A DNA stretch of 64,000 bases from an uncultured Candidatus Saccharibacteria bacterium (GCA_964610055.1 CAZSUC010000002.1:82283-146282), one strand, 5' to 3'. Positions 37,313-48,150 are shown, numbered from the stretch's first letter. Numbers and translations are program-made. The notes: a model not told the origin generated them from the letters alone.

Positions 37313-38059
37313 ATGCCAAGGATGGATAAAATCCACGCGTTAGTTCTTTCTCGACGTGACGTGGGGGAAGCTGATAGGATAGTGACTTTATTAGCGCGAG
37401 AAAAGGGTATAATTAAGGTGGTGGCCAAGGGAGTAAGGATGGTGCCTTCAAGACGAGGAGGTCATTTAGAACCGTTGACGCATGTATTGTGTGTCGTTAA
37501 TGGTTCTCGCGGACATTATTATTTGTCTGGAGTTGAAACGCTGGATTATTACGCTTCTTTGCATCATGATCCCATTGCTTTAGCACGCATACAAGGAGTG
37601 TTACGGGTAATGAGAAGTGTGATTGAGGAAGGAAGAGAGGAAGAAAGTATTTTTGATGCGGTGCATCAGGCGTGTGGCTTAATGCCAAAGTTGTCGTCCG
37701 GAAAACAGGATATGTTAGAGGCGGCTTTATTATTGTATTTATTGAAAGAAGCCGGGTTAATGCCGACTTTAGAAACGTGTCAAAGATGCGGACGGAGTCC
37801 GGTGGACACAGTTGTTTTGCAACCGCAAGAAGGCGGTTGGTTGTGTTTATCTTGTTGCCATTCTTTAGCTGAAGCAACCTGGTCAATCACGCCTCGATTG
37901 TTGAAAGTGGTGCGGTGGTTAAGTGTATACCCGGAACGAGCTCTAAAAGTTATGATTACAGAGGCAGAGAGTGAGCAATTAGTCCGAGTGGTGCGAGGTT
38001 ATGTGCAAGCAGTGGCAGAAAACATGGTGCCAGAGAAACGAATGAGTGTGTATCGTTAA
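37313..38059 (+). CDS. recO: DNA repair protein RecO
   Basis: MDKIHALVLSRRDVGEADRIVTLLAREKGIIKVVAKGVR OB-fold N-terminus, and a C-terminal Cys4 (CQRCG...CLSCC). Confidence 0.85.
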   Translation: MPRMDKIHALVLSRRDVGEADRIVTLLAREKGIIKVVAKGVRMVPSRRGGHLEPLTHVLCVVNGSRGHYYLSGVETLDYYASLHHDPIALARIQGVLRVMRSVIEEGREEESIFDAVHQACGLMPKLSSGKQDMLEAALLLYLLKEAGLMPTLETCQRCGRSPVDTVVLQPQEGGWLCLSCCHSLAEATWSITPRLLKVVRWLSVYPERALKVMITEAESEQLVRVVRGYVQAVAENMVPEKRMSVYR

Positions 38060-40052
38060 GAGAACTATGGAACAGACTAACAACAATTCAGGATCGAAAC
38101 AGGAGGATGAGCCGCGAATGATTCGGCGAGAATTGCCAAAGCTAGAAAAGCAATTATATGCGCGACAAGAGTCTGACGTGATTAAGCAAAGAGCCGAAGA
38201 AATTAGTCGTTTAGGGGCGCGAGAAAATCAGATAGCAGAAGAGTACCAAAATGCCCAAACAGCTCCACGAGTGTATCGAGATATTCAGAAAGAAAGAGCG
38301 CGGAAATGGCGCAAGGTGTTATTAATTGCGGGATTAGGGGTAGGGGTCGCAGGATTATTAGCGGCCGCAATTGGTGGGTTTGTTTGGTATCGTTTGCGCG
38401 TGAGTGTGAATGCAGAACAATTGCAAGTTGAAGTGCTGGCCGCTGAAGCAATTACATCGGGTGATCTAGTGACGTATACAGTGAAGTATGGCAACGATAG
38501 TTATGTAGATTGGTTAGATGTAGAGCTAGTTATTGAGGTGCCTTTAGGTTTTCAGGTGACCAGTGTTCCGGAAGGAGCAGAATTAAGTGGGCGGACATAC
38601 GTGGTAGCGATTGGGCAGTTAAATAAAGGAGAAAGCGGGGAAGTTGAGTTATCTGGCCGGTTAGTGGGGGAATTAAGTTCTTCAGCGAAAGCACAAGCGA
38701 CGCTATATGCTTCACCAGAAAACTATCAAAAGGTTCAGTTTGAAAAATCAGCAATTGTCTCAACGACCTTTATTGCGGTGCCCTTAGATTTAGCTTTAGA
38801 GGCTCCTAGTCGCATAGTGCCAGGAGAACAGATGCTGGTTAAAATTTCGGTAACAAATACGAGTGAAGATGCGATTGATAATAGCTATTTAAAACTAAGT
38901 ATTCCGGCGGGTATGCAAGCTGTGACTGAAGATCCGCAGTTTACGGATGATTTTTCAGTAGTGGATAGTCGTTGGATGTTACCAGCTTTAGAGCCGTATG
39001 AAACAGTGACTCGACAAGCTGTAATGTTGGTTGAGGGTCAGTCCGGAGATAAACGAATTTTAGAAGTGTCACTAGGGATTTTGAATGATGAAAATTCGTT
39101 TGTACAACAAACGCAATCAGTGATTGCGGTCTTAACATCGCCGGAATTACAAATTGAACAACAATATAATGGAAGTAGTGATTCGATTGTGGCAGCAGCA
39201 GGAGAGACGGTGAGCGGAGTAATTACTTATCGCAATGTCGGGCAAATCGCTTTGCAAGACGTGGTGGTGACAGCGCAGATTGAAGGTGATGCTTTTGATC
39301 CGGAGACATTAAAGTTAACCAGTGGGGCTTATGATATTGAGACTAAGAAAATTACTTGGACAGCGGCGTCAGTGTCGCAATTGGCAGTATTGCAACCGCA
39401 AGCGGAAGGGCAATTAGAATATTCATTCAAAATTAAGGAGATTGATAATTTTGCGACTGATGAATCATCGGAAAATAATGTGGTGGTAGTGACGGCGAAC
39501 GTTGATAGTCCGACGATTACCAATACGGGTCAGGAAGCAAGTGGAAGTGACCGGAAATTAATTTCGATTCGATCAGATATGACTTTGGATATAACGGCAT
39601 TTTACGATGACGGTCGGTTAGGGTTGGTGAGTAGTGGTCCATTACCGCCGGAGGTTGGGCAGGAGACGACATATACAGTGCGAGTGAGGGTAGGATCGGT
39701 GTTGAATACTTTGGGGGATGTGCGAGCAACGATTATATTAGCTGATGGAGTGAAATATACTGGGCAATCAGTTAAAACTGCGGGTGAGATCTCGTTTAAT
39801 GATAGAACAGGTGAGATGGTTTGGAATATTGCGCAGGTGGGAGCGGGAGCGGGCAGAATTGATCCGGCGGAGGAATTATATATTCAGGTAGCGGTGGTGC
39901 CGGCGGAGTATCAGCGAGGTAATACAATTCAATTAGTGAATAAAGTTGAGGCGTCCGGTCAGGATATCTTTACGGAAAGTAATTTAAGCGCTCAGTTGGA
40001 TAAATTGCCAACGACAGCGACAGCTTCGTCTCAGCAAGGCGTTGTGCAGTAG
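38046..40052 (+). CDS. membrane-anchored surface protein with about 4 DUF11 (conserved repeat) domains
   Basis: Charged N-terminus, TM helix (VLLIAGLGVGVAGLLAAAIGGFVWY), then repeats of the form ...Y.V.Y.N.G...A..V.V...P.G... (for example YTVKYGNDSYVDWLDVELVIEVPLGFQV). Confidence 0.5.
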   Translation: MCIVKRTMEQTNNNSGSKQEDEPRMIRRELPKLEKQLYARQESDVIKQRAEEISRLGARENQIAEEYQNAQTAPRVYRDIQKERARKWRKVLLIAGLGVGVAGLLAAAIGGFVWYRLRVSVNAEQLQVEVLAAEAITSGDLVTYTVKYGNDSYVDWLDVELVIEVPLGFQVTSVPEGAELSGRTYVVAIGQLNKGESGEVELSGRLVGELSSSAKAQATLYASPENYQKVQFEKSAIVSTTFIAVPLDLALEAPSRIVPGEQMLVKISVTNTSEDAIDNSYLKLSIPAGMQAVTEDPQFTDDFSVVDSRWMLPALEPYETVTRQAVMLVEGQSGDKRILEVSLGILNDENSFVQQTQSVIAVLTSPELQIEQQYNGSSDSIVAAAGETVSGVITYRNVGQIALQDVVVTAQIEGDAFDPETLKLTSGAYDIETKKITWTAASVSQLAVLQPQAEGQLEYSFKIKEIDNFATDESSENNVVVVTANVDSPTITNTGQEASGSDRKLISIRSDMTLDITAFYDDGRLGLVSSGPLPPEVGQETTYTVRVRVGSVLNTLGDVRATIILADGVKYTGQSVKTAGEISFNDRTGEMVWNIAQVGAGAGRIDPAEELYIQVAVVPAEYQRGNTIQLVNKVEASGQDIFTESNLSAQLDKLPTTATASSQQGVVQ

Positions 40053-40086
40053 CCAAAGGATGCAATTTTAGGTAGGATGCGCGCAT

Positions 40087-41253
40087 ATGGCAAAAAAGAA
40101 TGGTTTTAAATTTGAGATAGAAAGAAAATTGGGTCGAGCTCGACGCGGGCAGATAACAACGCCACATGGTCGAGTTGAAACGCCTTTTTTTCAATTTGTT
40201 GCAACTCAGGCGGCGATTAGAGGGCAAGTGTTTACGGAAGATTTGGAGGCATTAGGTGTGCAGGTGGTATTATCTAACACCTATCATTTACATTTGCGGC
40301 CAGGTGAGGATTTGGTGGCGGAGGCAGGCGGATTACACGGATTGATGCAATGGCCCGGAGTCATGACAACTGATTCAGGAGGATATCAAGTGTTTAGCTT
40401 AGGTAAAAATGTAACACGAGATGAAGAGGGGGTAACGTTTAGGTCGCCATTGGATGGAAAAGAATATCGGTTAACGCCTGAAAGCGTGATGAAAATCGAG
40501 GAAAAGTTAGGGGCTGATATGATTATGCCGCTTGATGTGTGCACGCCATATCGAGCGGAGCGCGAAGAAGTGGCGGCAGCAGTGCGAGTAACGCAGTTAT
40601 GGGCTAAACGTTGTTGCGATGAACACGCGCGTTTGCAAGCAGAGCGTTCTAATCAGCAAGCATTATACGGTATCTTGCAGGGCGGAGTGTATCCAGATTT
40701 ACGAGAAAAAGCCGCGGAAGGTTTGGCGGAGCTAGGATTTTTTGGGCATGCGGTTGGAGGTGAGTTACGAGACGGAGAAGAATCAGCCATGGGAATGCAG
40801 CTAGACTATATTGCTGATTTGTTACCATCAGATGGACCGAGATATGTTATGGGAGCGGGAGCTCCGGAAGATATTGTACGAGCGGTGCGGTCCGGTTTAG
40901 ATCAATTTGATACAGTTTTTCCGGTGCGGAATGCGCGTCATGGTCGAGTGTATCGCAACTTAAATGTTAATTATTTAGAAGAGGTTCTGATGGATCCGGA
41001 GCAGCCGGTTGAAGCTGATAGGTTGTACCAGGCAGTTAATGTCAAAAGAGCAGAGTTTGCTCGGGACTGGTCAGAGTTTTCGCCTGGAAATCCAGCGATA
41101 AAAAAACCATATACGGTTGCTTATGTGCATCATTTATTTCGAGCAGAAGCGCCGAGTGGTTTTCGATTAGCGGTGCTGCATAATATGCATTTTTATTTAG
41201 ACTTGATGCGATCTATCCGAGCAGCAATCGAAAAACGTGGCGAACAAGTTTAG
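40087..41253 (+). CDS. tgt: queuine tRNA-ribosyltransferase (tRNA-guanine transglycosylase)
   Basis: TPFFQFVATQAAIRG, TDSGGYQVFSL and LDVCTPY motifs. Confidence 0.9.
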   Translation: MAKKNGFKFEIERKLGRARRGQITTPHGRVETPFFQFVATQAAIRGQVFTEDLEALGVQVVLSNTYHLHLRPGEDLVAEAGGLHGLMQWPGVMTTDSGGYQVFSLGKNVTRDEEGVTFRSPLDGKEYRLTPESVMKIEEKLGADMIMPLDVCTPYRAEREEVAAAVRVTQLWAKRCCDEHARLQAERSNQQALYGILQGGVYPDLREKAAEGLAELGFFGHAVGGELRDGEESAMGMQLDYIADLLPSDGPRYVMGAGAPEDIVRAVRSGLDQFDTVFPVRNARHGRVYRNLNVNYLEEVLMDPEQPVEADRLYQAVNVKRAEFARDWSEFSPGNPAIKKPYTVAYVHHLFRAEAPSGFRLAVLHNMHFYLDLMRSIRAAIEKRGEQV

Positions 41254-41270
41254 CGTGATATAATAGAAGT

Positions 41271-41804
41271 ATGGATATTCATGGATTATTAAATCGTGAG
41301 CAAGCCGAGCGGAGGGAGAATGATACGTCTGGATTACAGGTGGCAAGTCATAATGATTCGTTAAATCGTGGTCTAGAAGGCGGCGACGAACCGATAGTGA
41401 AACAGCCGGATATGGCTGATGAAATTAGGAAGATGAGACAAGAGGTAAAAGGGAAATATAAGGTGGACAGAGAGCAATTGTCTCGAGAACATCGAAGGGA
41501 GAAGGTGGATTTTCGGCGAGATTGGAAGAAACGAGAAGATGAGATTAAGCAGGCGTTAAAGCAGGGCGGAGAGAAAAGACGAAAGTTATTACGGGCAGCC
41601 GGAGTATCTCAGTCTCGAGAGCATAGGTTAGATCCCGAGAAAGCAGATCGGATTGTATGGCAAGAGCACATGAAAGATAAAAATTTAGCGTATCGGCATT
41701 TAGAACGACAGAACAGTAAAAGCATACGGTCATTAGGCAGACAAAGAGATGAGAATATTAGTCGAGGAAGGACAGAGTTGCGTCGAGATGTTAGATTCAT
41801 GTAA
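41271..41804 (+). CDS. hypothetical highly charged (R/K/E-rich) soluble protein
   Basis: 177 aa with no TM helix and repetitive RREKVDFRRDWKKREDE-type segments. Confidence 0.35.
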   Translation: MDIHGLLNREQAERRENDTSGLQVASHNDSLNRGLEGGDEPIVKQPDMADEIRKMRQEVKGKYKVDREQLSREHRREKVDFRRDWKKREDEIKQALKQGGEKRRKLLRAAGVSQSREHRLDPEKADRIVWQEHMKDKNLAYRHLERQNSKSIRSLGRQRDENISRGRTELRRDVRFM

Positions 41805-41815
41805 GGTGAAACGTT

Positions 41816-43201
41816 ATGAGTGAAGTAAAAGCCAATACAGAGTTAGATAAGATAGTTGATTTGTGCAAGCGACGAGGATTTATTTTTCCGGGGTCGGAAA
41901 TTTATGGCGGTTTACGGAATAGTTGGGATTATGGACCGTTGGGGGTGCAATTAAAAAATAATTTACGGGATGAATGGTGGCGGCATTATGTGGAGAAACG
42001 GGCGGATATAGTTGGTTTGGATGCGGCGATTTTAATGAATCCGAGAGTATGGGAAGCGTCGGGACACGTCGCTGGTTTTACTGATCCGTTGGTAGAAGAT
42101 AAGGTGACACATAAGAGGTACCGAGCCGATCAGTTGGTGGCGGAAGTGACAGGCACAGAAGTGGATGGGTTAAGCTTAGAAGAATTAGCGCAGCTGATTA
42201 AAGAAAAAGGAATTAAAAGTCCGGATGGAAATGAACTGTCTGAGCCGCGGAAATTTAATTTATTATTTGAAACATCTTTAGGGACAGTGGAAGGGGAGAA
42301 ATCAGCAATTTACTTGCGAGGAGAGTTGGCACAATCAATGTTTGTGGATTTTAAGCGGATTTTAGAGACGACGCGGGCGCAAGTGCCGTTTGGCATCGCG
42401 CAGATTGGACGTGTATTCCGTAATGAAATTACGCCGGGCAATTTTACGTTTAGGACGTTGGAATTTGATTTGATGGAGTTTGAATATTTTGTTAGAGAGG
42501 AAGAATGGGAACAGTGGTTCAATTACTGGTTGGAAGATATGCAAGCGTGGGTGACAAAAGTAATCGGGATAACACCGGAGCGAATTCGAGTACGTGAACA
42601 TTCACCGGAAGAACTGTCACATTATTCGAAAAAGACAGCGGATTTGGAATATTTAACTTCTTTTGGGTGGAAAGAAATGTTTGGGATTGCATATCGGCCG
42701 CGCGATTTACAAAATCATGCGGAGCAAAGTGGAGAGGATTTGCGTTTTACTAATCCGCAGACGGGAGAAAAGTTTTTCCCGCAAACTATTGAGCCAACCT
42801 TTGGTCTGACGCGTTTAGTGCTGTTTGTTTTACTGGACGCATTTGCTGAAGAAGAAGTGCGAGGAGAAAAGAGAACTGTTTTACGCATTAAGCCGAGTTT
42901 GGCGCCGTATCAGGTGGCTGTTTTGCCATTATCAAAGAAGCAAGAATTGATGGAAGTTGCAGAGCCATTAGCGGAACGACTAAGAGAAAATTGGCGATGC
43001 GATTACGATGTAACTCAGTCAATTGGAAAGCGATACCGGCGACAAGATGAAATCGGAACGCCAATATGTATAACAGTTGATTTTGATACCTTAAAAGATG
43101 AAGCGGTGACAATTCGGCATCGAGATAGTATGGAGCAGGAACGAATACCCCTAGATAAATTAGAAGAGAGAATAAGGGAAGAATTGACAAAATCTTTTTA
43201 A
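41816..43201 (+). CDS. glyQS: glycine--tRNA ligase (alpha2 dimeric type)
   Basis: GYGPLGVQLKNNLRDEWW and class II motifs, 461 aa. Confidence 0.9.
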   Translation: MSEVKANTELDKIVDLCKRRGFIFPGSEIYGGLRNSWDYGPLGVQLKNNLRDEWWRHYVEKRADIVGLDAAILMNPRVWEASGHVAGFTDPLVEDKVTHKRYRADQLVAEVTGTEVDGLSLEELAQLIKEKGIKSPDGNELSEPRKFNLLFETSLGTVEGEKSAIYLRGELAQSMFVDFKRILETTRAQVPFGIAQIGRVFRNEITPGNFTFRTLEFDLMEFEYFVREEEWEQWFNYWLEDMQAWVTKVIGITPERIRVREHSPEELSHYSKKTADLEYLTSFGWKEMFGIAYRPRDLQNHAEQSGEDLRFTNPQTGEKFFPQTIEPTFGLTRLVLFVLLDAFAEEEVRGEKRTVLRIKPSLAPYQVAVLPLSKKQELMEVAEPLAERLRENWRCDYDVTQSIGKRYRRQDEIGTPICITVDFDTLKDEAVTIRHRDSMEQERIPLDKLEERIREELTKSF

Positions 43202-43264
43202 GGTGGTTTGACGCAGTTATATAGGTGTTGTGCGTAAGGCGAATTTACGATAGGCTAAGAGGCT

Positions 43265-44545
43265 ATGTCAAAATTTTCTATAACCAAAACAAAATTATCT
43301 AATGGAATTGATGTGGTTTTGATGCCACGACGGGAGAGTCAAACGGTGACTTTTCAAGTGCTATTAGGAGTGGGTTCACGATACGAGACGCCGAAACAGG
43401 CGGGGTTGTCACATTTTCTGGAACATATGTTTTTTAAAGGAACGAATAAGCGTCCGAGTTCCAAACAGATTGCCGAAGAGTTAGAAGCGTTAGGGGCAGA
43501 TTTTAATGCTTTTACAGGGGAAGAATACACGGGATATTACGTAAAAATTGCGGCGAAGTATTTGCAGCAAGGAGCAGAGGTAGTGAGTGATATCTTATTA
43601 GACCCGTTATTTGAAGAGGCAGAGATTGAGAAAGAACGAGGCGTGATTCAGGAAGAGATAAAAATGTATACCGATACACCCATGCGGCATATTTGGCATT
43701 TATGGAATCAAGGGCTATACGGATCACATGCCTTAGGCCGGCGCATTGACGGAACGCCGGAAACAGTTGATGCCTTTAAACGGAAGGATATTGCGGGGTA
43801 TGCCCGAAAGCATTATTTATCTGGTAATGCTGTGATTACTGTGGCGGGTCGGTTTCAGGAAAAGTCAGTCATGAAATATTTGGAAGATATGTTAGGGGTA
43901 TTGCCGCAAGGTGAAGCAACTCAGCCAAAACCAGCTCCCAAAAAACGACCAGCACAGAGAGTGGTGTTTCAGTCACGTCCATCTTTAGATCAGACCCATA
44001 TTATGGTCGGGGTGCCAGGGTGTGGCTTAAACGATAAGGAGCGATGGACAGCGGAAGTGTTAGCAACAATTTTAGGTCAAGGGATGAGTAGTCGTCTGTT
44101 TGAAGAGGTGCGGGAAAAACGAGGGTTGGCGTATTCAATTAAAACCTATGTCGATATGATGACGGATACAGGTGCCTTTGTGACCCAAGCCGGGGTGAGA
44201 ACGTCGGCGGCTGAAGAAGCGGTACGAGCCATTTTAGAGCAATATGATTTGCTGATAAAAGAACCGGTAGCAGATGCAGAGCTAGATAAAGCAAAACAGA
44301 TGATCAGAGGTAATCTTTTGATGGAATTAGAGGAAACAAGTGCGTTGGCTTTGTTTGCCGGGGCGCAAGAAGTTTTACAGGGCAAGATTATGACTCCGGA
44401 TGAAATGTTGGAAAAAGTAGAGGCAGTGACAGTAGGTGACGTACAGGCGTGGGCGCAGAAAGCATTGCAGCCTAAGTTGAGAATGGTAGCAGTCTTAGGG
44501 CCGCAAAGATCAGCGCGAGCGTTTGAGAAGCAACTTGGGGTATAA
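43265..44545 (+). CDS. M16-family (insulinase/pitrilysin-like) zinc peptidase
   Basis: HFLEHMFFKGT (inverted HxxEH zinc motif) and a downstream E for the third ligand. 426 aa. Confidence 0.8.
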   Translation: MSKFSITKTKLSNGIDVVLMPRRESQTVTFQVLLGVGSRYETPKQAGLSHFLEHMFFKGTNKRPSSKQIAEELEALGADFNAFTGEEYTGYYVKIAAKYLQQGAEVVSDILLDPLFEEAEIEKERGVIQEEIKMYTDTPMRHIWHLWNQGLYGSHALGRRIDGTPETVDAFKRKDIAGYARKHYLSGNAVITVAGRFQEKSVMKYLEDMLGVLPQGEATQPKPAPKKRPAQRVVFQSRPSLDQTHIMVGVPGCGLNDKERWTAEVLATILGQGMSSRLFEEVREKRGLAYSIKTYVDMMTDTGAFVTQAGVRTSAAEEAVRAILEQYDLLIKEPVADAELDKAKQMIRGNLLMELEETSALALFAGAQEVLQGKIMTPDEMLEKVEAVTVGDVQAWAQKALQPKLRMVAVLGPQRSARAFEKQLGV

Positions 44546-44552
44546 TAAAAGT

Positions 44553-45590
44553 ATGGATCGGGAAAATCGAATTAAAGTGGATATCTCAAGCGGGACTGTT
44601 TTTCGAATAGTCTTTATTATTCTGGGATTTGCGTTGTTATATTACATTGCTGATATTGTCATGATGTTGTTGGCGGCCGTGGTGTTGGCGGCGGCGATTG
44701 AACCAGTAGCAAATTATTTGCAAAAGTATCGTATCCCACGGGCAGTTTCGGTACTGGTGGTTTATGTGGCTATTTTGGCGGTGGTATCAGGTGCAGTAAC
44801 TTTAATGATTGAACCGTTAGCTGAGCAAACACAACAATTAGCGGTCGCGATTCCACGTTTGGCTAATAGCGTTGAGGAGTGGTTGCCTAACATTTTGCAT
44901 TATGATCAGGAAACTATTGCTGCGAATTTGCAAGGAGCGGTAGCAAAATTAGGGAGTGAGCTCGGTAATTTAAGCGCTAATATTTTTGTGCAGACTAGAA
45001 TGGTGTTGTCAGGAATTACGGCGGCGATTTTTGTGTTTGTGATCGCGTTTTATTTAGTCATTGAACAAGATGCGATGAAAAAATTTGTGCGGTTAGTGAC
45101 ACCAAAAGCACATGTGGCTTTTGTTGAACAGAGTGTGGATCAAGCGCAAAAGAAAGTAGGACGTTGGATTGTGGCTCAAATTACCCTAGGGGTAATTGTA
45201 GGGATTGTAGTGGGATTAGGATTGTGGGTACTGCGTATGCCGTATGCTTTGCCTTTAGCGGTGCTAGCGGGGATTTTGGAATTGCTGCCAGTAATTGGGC
45301 CGGTGATTGCAGCAGTGCCGGGGGTAATTGTAGGCTTTGCGCAGTCATGGTTAATTGGATTACTAGCTTTGGCGCTGTATATTATTGTGCAGCAATTAGA
45401 GAATAACGTGTTGGTGCCAGGGATTATGAGACGGGCAATTGGTTTGCATCCGTTAGTAACAATTATTGCAATTCTATTTGGAGCGCGCTTAGCTGGATTT
45501 ATGGGGGTTATTTTAGCAGTGCCGATTGCGACAATTATGGGAATTTTCCTAAGTGATGTTTTTGGAGAAGGGCGTGAGCAATCAGTTTAA
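44553..45590 (+). CDS. AI-2E family transporter (UPF0118/PerM-like)
   Basis: Polytopic membrane protein with the characteristic LxVIG/PVIAAVPGV region. Start placed at the ATG after the peptidase stop. Confidence 0.7.
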   Translation: MDRENRIKVDISSGTVFRIVFIILGFALLYYIADIVMMLLAAVVLAAAIEPVANYLQKYRIPRAVSVLVVYVAILAVVSGAVTLMIEPLAEQTQQLAVAIPRLANSVEEWLPNILHYDQETIAANLQGAVAKLGSELGNLSANIFVQTRMVLSGITAAIFVFVIAFYLVIEQDAMKKFVRLVTPKAHVAFVEQSVDQAQKKVGRWIVAQITLGVIVGIVVGLGLWVLRMPYALPLAVLAGILELLPVIGPVIAAVPGVIVGFAQSWLIGLLALALYIIVQQLENNVLVPGIMRRAIGLHPLVTIIAILFGARLAGFMGVILAVPIATIMGIFLSDVFGEGREQSV

Positions 45591-46045
45591 CGAGCTAGGA
45601 AAATCAAGGCGATAGTGATACAGAGGCTTTGAGGAATAAGGCCAAGGAAAACATTTTTTGTTTCCCATTGAATTTGGTTATGAAAGTTAATAAATGGTTT
45701 TAGCCAGGTTAATTTAGCTTTAATGCGTTCAGAAGAGAGATGCCAAAGACTATGGATGATGTCAGGTAAGTTGCCACCAAGAATGGCAAGTAAAATGGGC
45801 CAAGTGAAGAATTGTGATCCCAGTAAAAGCAAAGCAATAGCGGGTCCAAGACTGACATCTAAGGCAACTTGAAGATAAGGGAAGCTGGCATAGTCGGCAG
45901 GGTCAAAGTTCCAGTGATAAATAGTATCGGCAGTAAAGTGCCAGATAATAGTGCTAATGAAAATAAGGATGGGATTGTCAAACAAAAAAGCAAAAGGCAA
46001 ACTAGTGAGAGTGTGAGTGGTTGAGAGCATATTGTTAATATACAT
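45587..46045 (-). CDS. hypothetical polytopic membrane protein
   Basis: The ORF extends to 46216, but an internal ATG at 46045 avoids an antisense overlap with tatD, so the start is uncertain. Confidence 0.35.
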   Translation of the reverse strand: MYINNMLSTTHTLTSLPFAFLFDNPILIFISTIIWHFTADTIYHWNFDPADYASFPYLQVALDVSLGPAIALLLLGSQFFTWPILLAILGGNLPDIIHSLWHLSSERIKAKLTWLKPFINFHNQIQWETKNVFLGLIPQSLCITIALIFLAR

Positions 46046-46050
46046 ATCAT

Positions 46051-46842
46051 ATGATAGATGCGCACGCCCATTTAGGAAGTAGCCAATTTGATGAAGATCG
46101 AGCGGAAGTAATAAAACGCGCGCAGGCAGCGGGAGTTGGGGCTTGGATTGAGATTGGAGCGGATATGTCGAGCAGTCGGCAAGCAGCACAGATGGTTCAT
46201 CAATATCAACAAGCATGGGCGACAGTGGGGGTTCATCCGGATGATATTGAGGAATTATCAGAAACTAATTGGGAAGAATTAGCGGAATTAGCGCGAGATG
46301 AAAAAGTGGTAGGTATTGGGGAAGTTGGTTTTGATTATTTTCGAGGAGGTAAGAGGAGCGTACAAGAACCAGTCTTGCGAAGATTTTTGGAGCTAGCCGT
46401 GCAAGTGCATAAACCCGTAGTTTTACATATGCGTAGTAGTGAAACGCAAGATGCAAATGCGGATATGATAGCGTTGTGGTTGTCATTGCCAGAGTCAGCG
46501 CGTCCACAAGCGATATTGCATTCGTATAGCGGGTCGTTGATGCAGGCAAAACAGTTAGTGAAACTTGGTTTCTATTTAGGGATTTCGGGGATAGTGACGT
46601 TTAAGAATGCCGGGGAATTGTTACAGGTAGGGCGCGAAATTGCATTAGACCATTTATTAATTGAGACGGATTCACCATTTTTGGCACCTCATCCATATCG
46701 AGGTCAGCGTAATGAGCCGGCGTATGTGAGGTTAGTGGCGGAAAAGATAGCTGATTTAAAAGGAATTGATTTCGTAGAAGTAGTGTCTGCAACGGAAGCG
46801 AATACGGAAAAAGTTTTTGGAATCAAGATAGAACATGACTGA
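46051..46842 (+). CDS. tatD: TatD-family metal-dependent hydrolase (DNase)
   Basis: MIDAHAHLG start (HxH), and the conserved E, H and D of the TIM-barrel amidohydrolase fold. Confidence 0.85.
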   Translation: MIDAHAHLGSSQFDEDRAEVIKRAQAAGVGAWIEIGADMSSSRQAAQMVHQYQQAWATVGVHPDDIEELSETNWEELAELARDEKVVGIGEVGFDYFRGGKRSVQEPVLRRFLELAVQVHKPVVLHMRSSETQDANADMIALWLSLPESARPQAILHSYSGSLMQAKQLVKLGFYLGISGIVTFKNAGELLQVGREIALDHLLIETDSPFLAPHPYRGQRNEPAYVRLVAEKIADLKGIDFVEVVSATEANTEKVFGIKIEHD

Positions 46843-48109
46843 TATGTACGTGCCATTAGCAGCGCGCATGCGTCCTCGTAATTTAGATGAATTTGTTGGT
46901 CAAGAAGAAATAGTAGGTAAGCAGACGTCTTTGCGACAAGCGATTGAAAAAGGTGAGATAGGATCGTTGCTTTTATGGGGTCCTCCCGGTGCGGGAAAGA
47001 CAACTTTAGCACATTTGATCGCAGCTCAGTTAGATGCAGCCGTAGAGCGGGTGAGCGCAGTAACGGCAGGCGTGAAGGATTTGCGAGAAGTAATTGGCAG
47101 AGCACAAGAATGGCGAAAAATTAAAAAACGAACAGTGTTAATTGTGGATGAAATTCACCGGTTTAATAAGGCACAGCAAGATGTGCTTTTGCCGGTGGTG
47201 GAAGAAGGATTAGTAACATTGATTGGGGCGACAACCGAAAATCCGTATTTTGAGGTGGTAGCAGCGTTAGTTTCTCGAGCACAAGTAGTGCAATTGAAAG
47301 GCCACGCCGATGAGGATATTATCAAAATTTTAGAGCAAGCTCTCAGCGATTCAGAGCGGGGCGTTCAGGTGAAAATGCTAAAAGGGACGAAAGAGGCAGT
47401 GGCAAAATTATCTAACGGAGATGGGCGTCGGGCGCTAAATATATTAGAACAAGTTGCGCAACGTGCTAAGAGAAACGGCGTGACAATTAAAATGGTGGAA
47501 GAAGCGGCGCACAAAGCAGTGATTCAGTACGACAAAGCAGGAGATGCTCATTACGATACAATATCGGCGTTTATAAAAAGTATGCGCGGTTCAGATCCGG
47601 ATGCGGCCCTATTTTATTTGTTTCGCATGGTATTGGCCGGAGAAGACCCGAAATTTATTGTGCGGCGGATGATGATTTTTGCATCGGAAGATATTGGCAA
47701 TGCTGATCCGCATGCTTTGATGGTGGCAGTATCGACAGCACAAGTGATTGAGCGAGTAGGGATGCCAGAAGGAGAATTTGCGTTAGCTCATGCGGCAACG
47801 TATTTAGCGGCAGCGCCGAAAAGTAACAGTGTATACATCGCCAAGGAGCGGGCAAAAGAGGACGTGCGTTTACATGGAAATGATGTCCCGCCAGGTAATG
47901 TAGTTAATGCGCCGGTGGCTGCGCTGAAGTCTCACGGTAAAGGGGTAGGGTACAAATATCCGCATGATTTTGTCGGACATATTGTTCAGCAAGAATATCG
48001 GCCTAGAGCTATCCAGAATAATATATATTACGAACCGGGATCGGACGGGTTTGAGAAGGAAGTAAAACGGAGAGTAGATGAAGCGCGAAAGATATTAAGA
48101 GGAAAGTAA
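46835..48109 (+). CDS. rarA: replication-associated recombination protein A (AAA+ ATPase)
   Basis: [19 protein letters not shown] Walker [14 protein letters not shown] sensor region, and a MgsA C-terminal domain. Confidence 0.85.
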   Translation: MTDMYVPLAARMRPRNLDEFVGQEEIVGKQTSLRQAIEKGEIGSLLLWGPPGAGKTTLAHLIAAQLDAAVERVSAVTAGVKDLREVIGRAQEWRKIKKRTVLIVDEIHRFNKAQQDVLLPVVEEGLVTLIGATTENPYFEVVAALVSRAQVVQLKGHADEDIIKILEQALSDSERGVQVKMLKGTKEAVAKLSNGDGRRALNILEQVAQRAKRNGVTIKMVEEAAHKAVIQYDKAGDAHYDTISAFIKSMRGSDPDAALFYLFRMVLAGEDPKFIVRRMMIFASEDIGNADPHALMVAVSTAQVIERVGMPEGEFALAHAATYLAAAPKSNSVYIAKERAKEDVRLHGNDVPPGNVVNAPVAALKSHGKGVGYKYPHDFVGHIVQQEYRPRAIQNNIYYEPGSDGFEKEVKRRVDEARKILRGK

Positions 48110-48150
48110 GTTGGCTTGTGTGTAAAGGGAAGTGACAGTAATGTGTATTT

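Noticed and set aside
45164-45406. 80-aa + strand Cys/Gly-rich ORF inside the AI-2E transporter gene
   Set aside because: It is an alternative frame of a conserved membrane-protein gene with no independent start or RBS support.
46045-46216. The 5' 171 nt of the minus-strand ORF 45587..46216 overlapping tatD antisense
   Set aside because: An internal ATG at 46045 gives a non-overlapping gene, so the long antisense overlap with the tatD start is more likely a spurious ORF extension.
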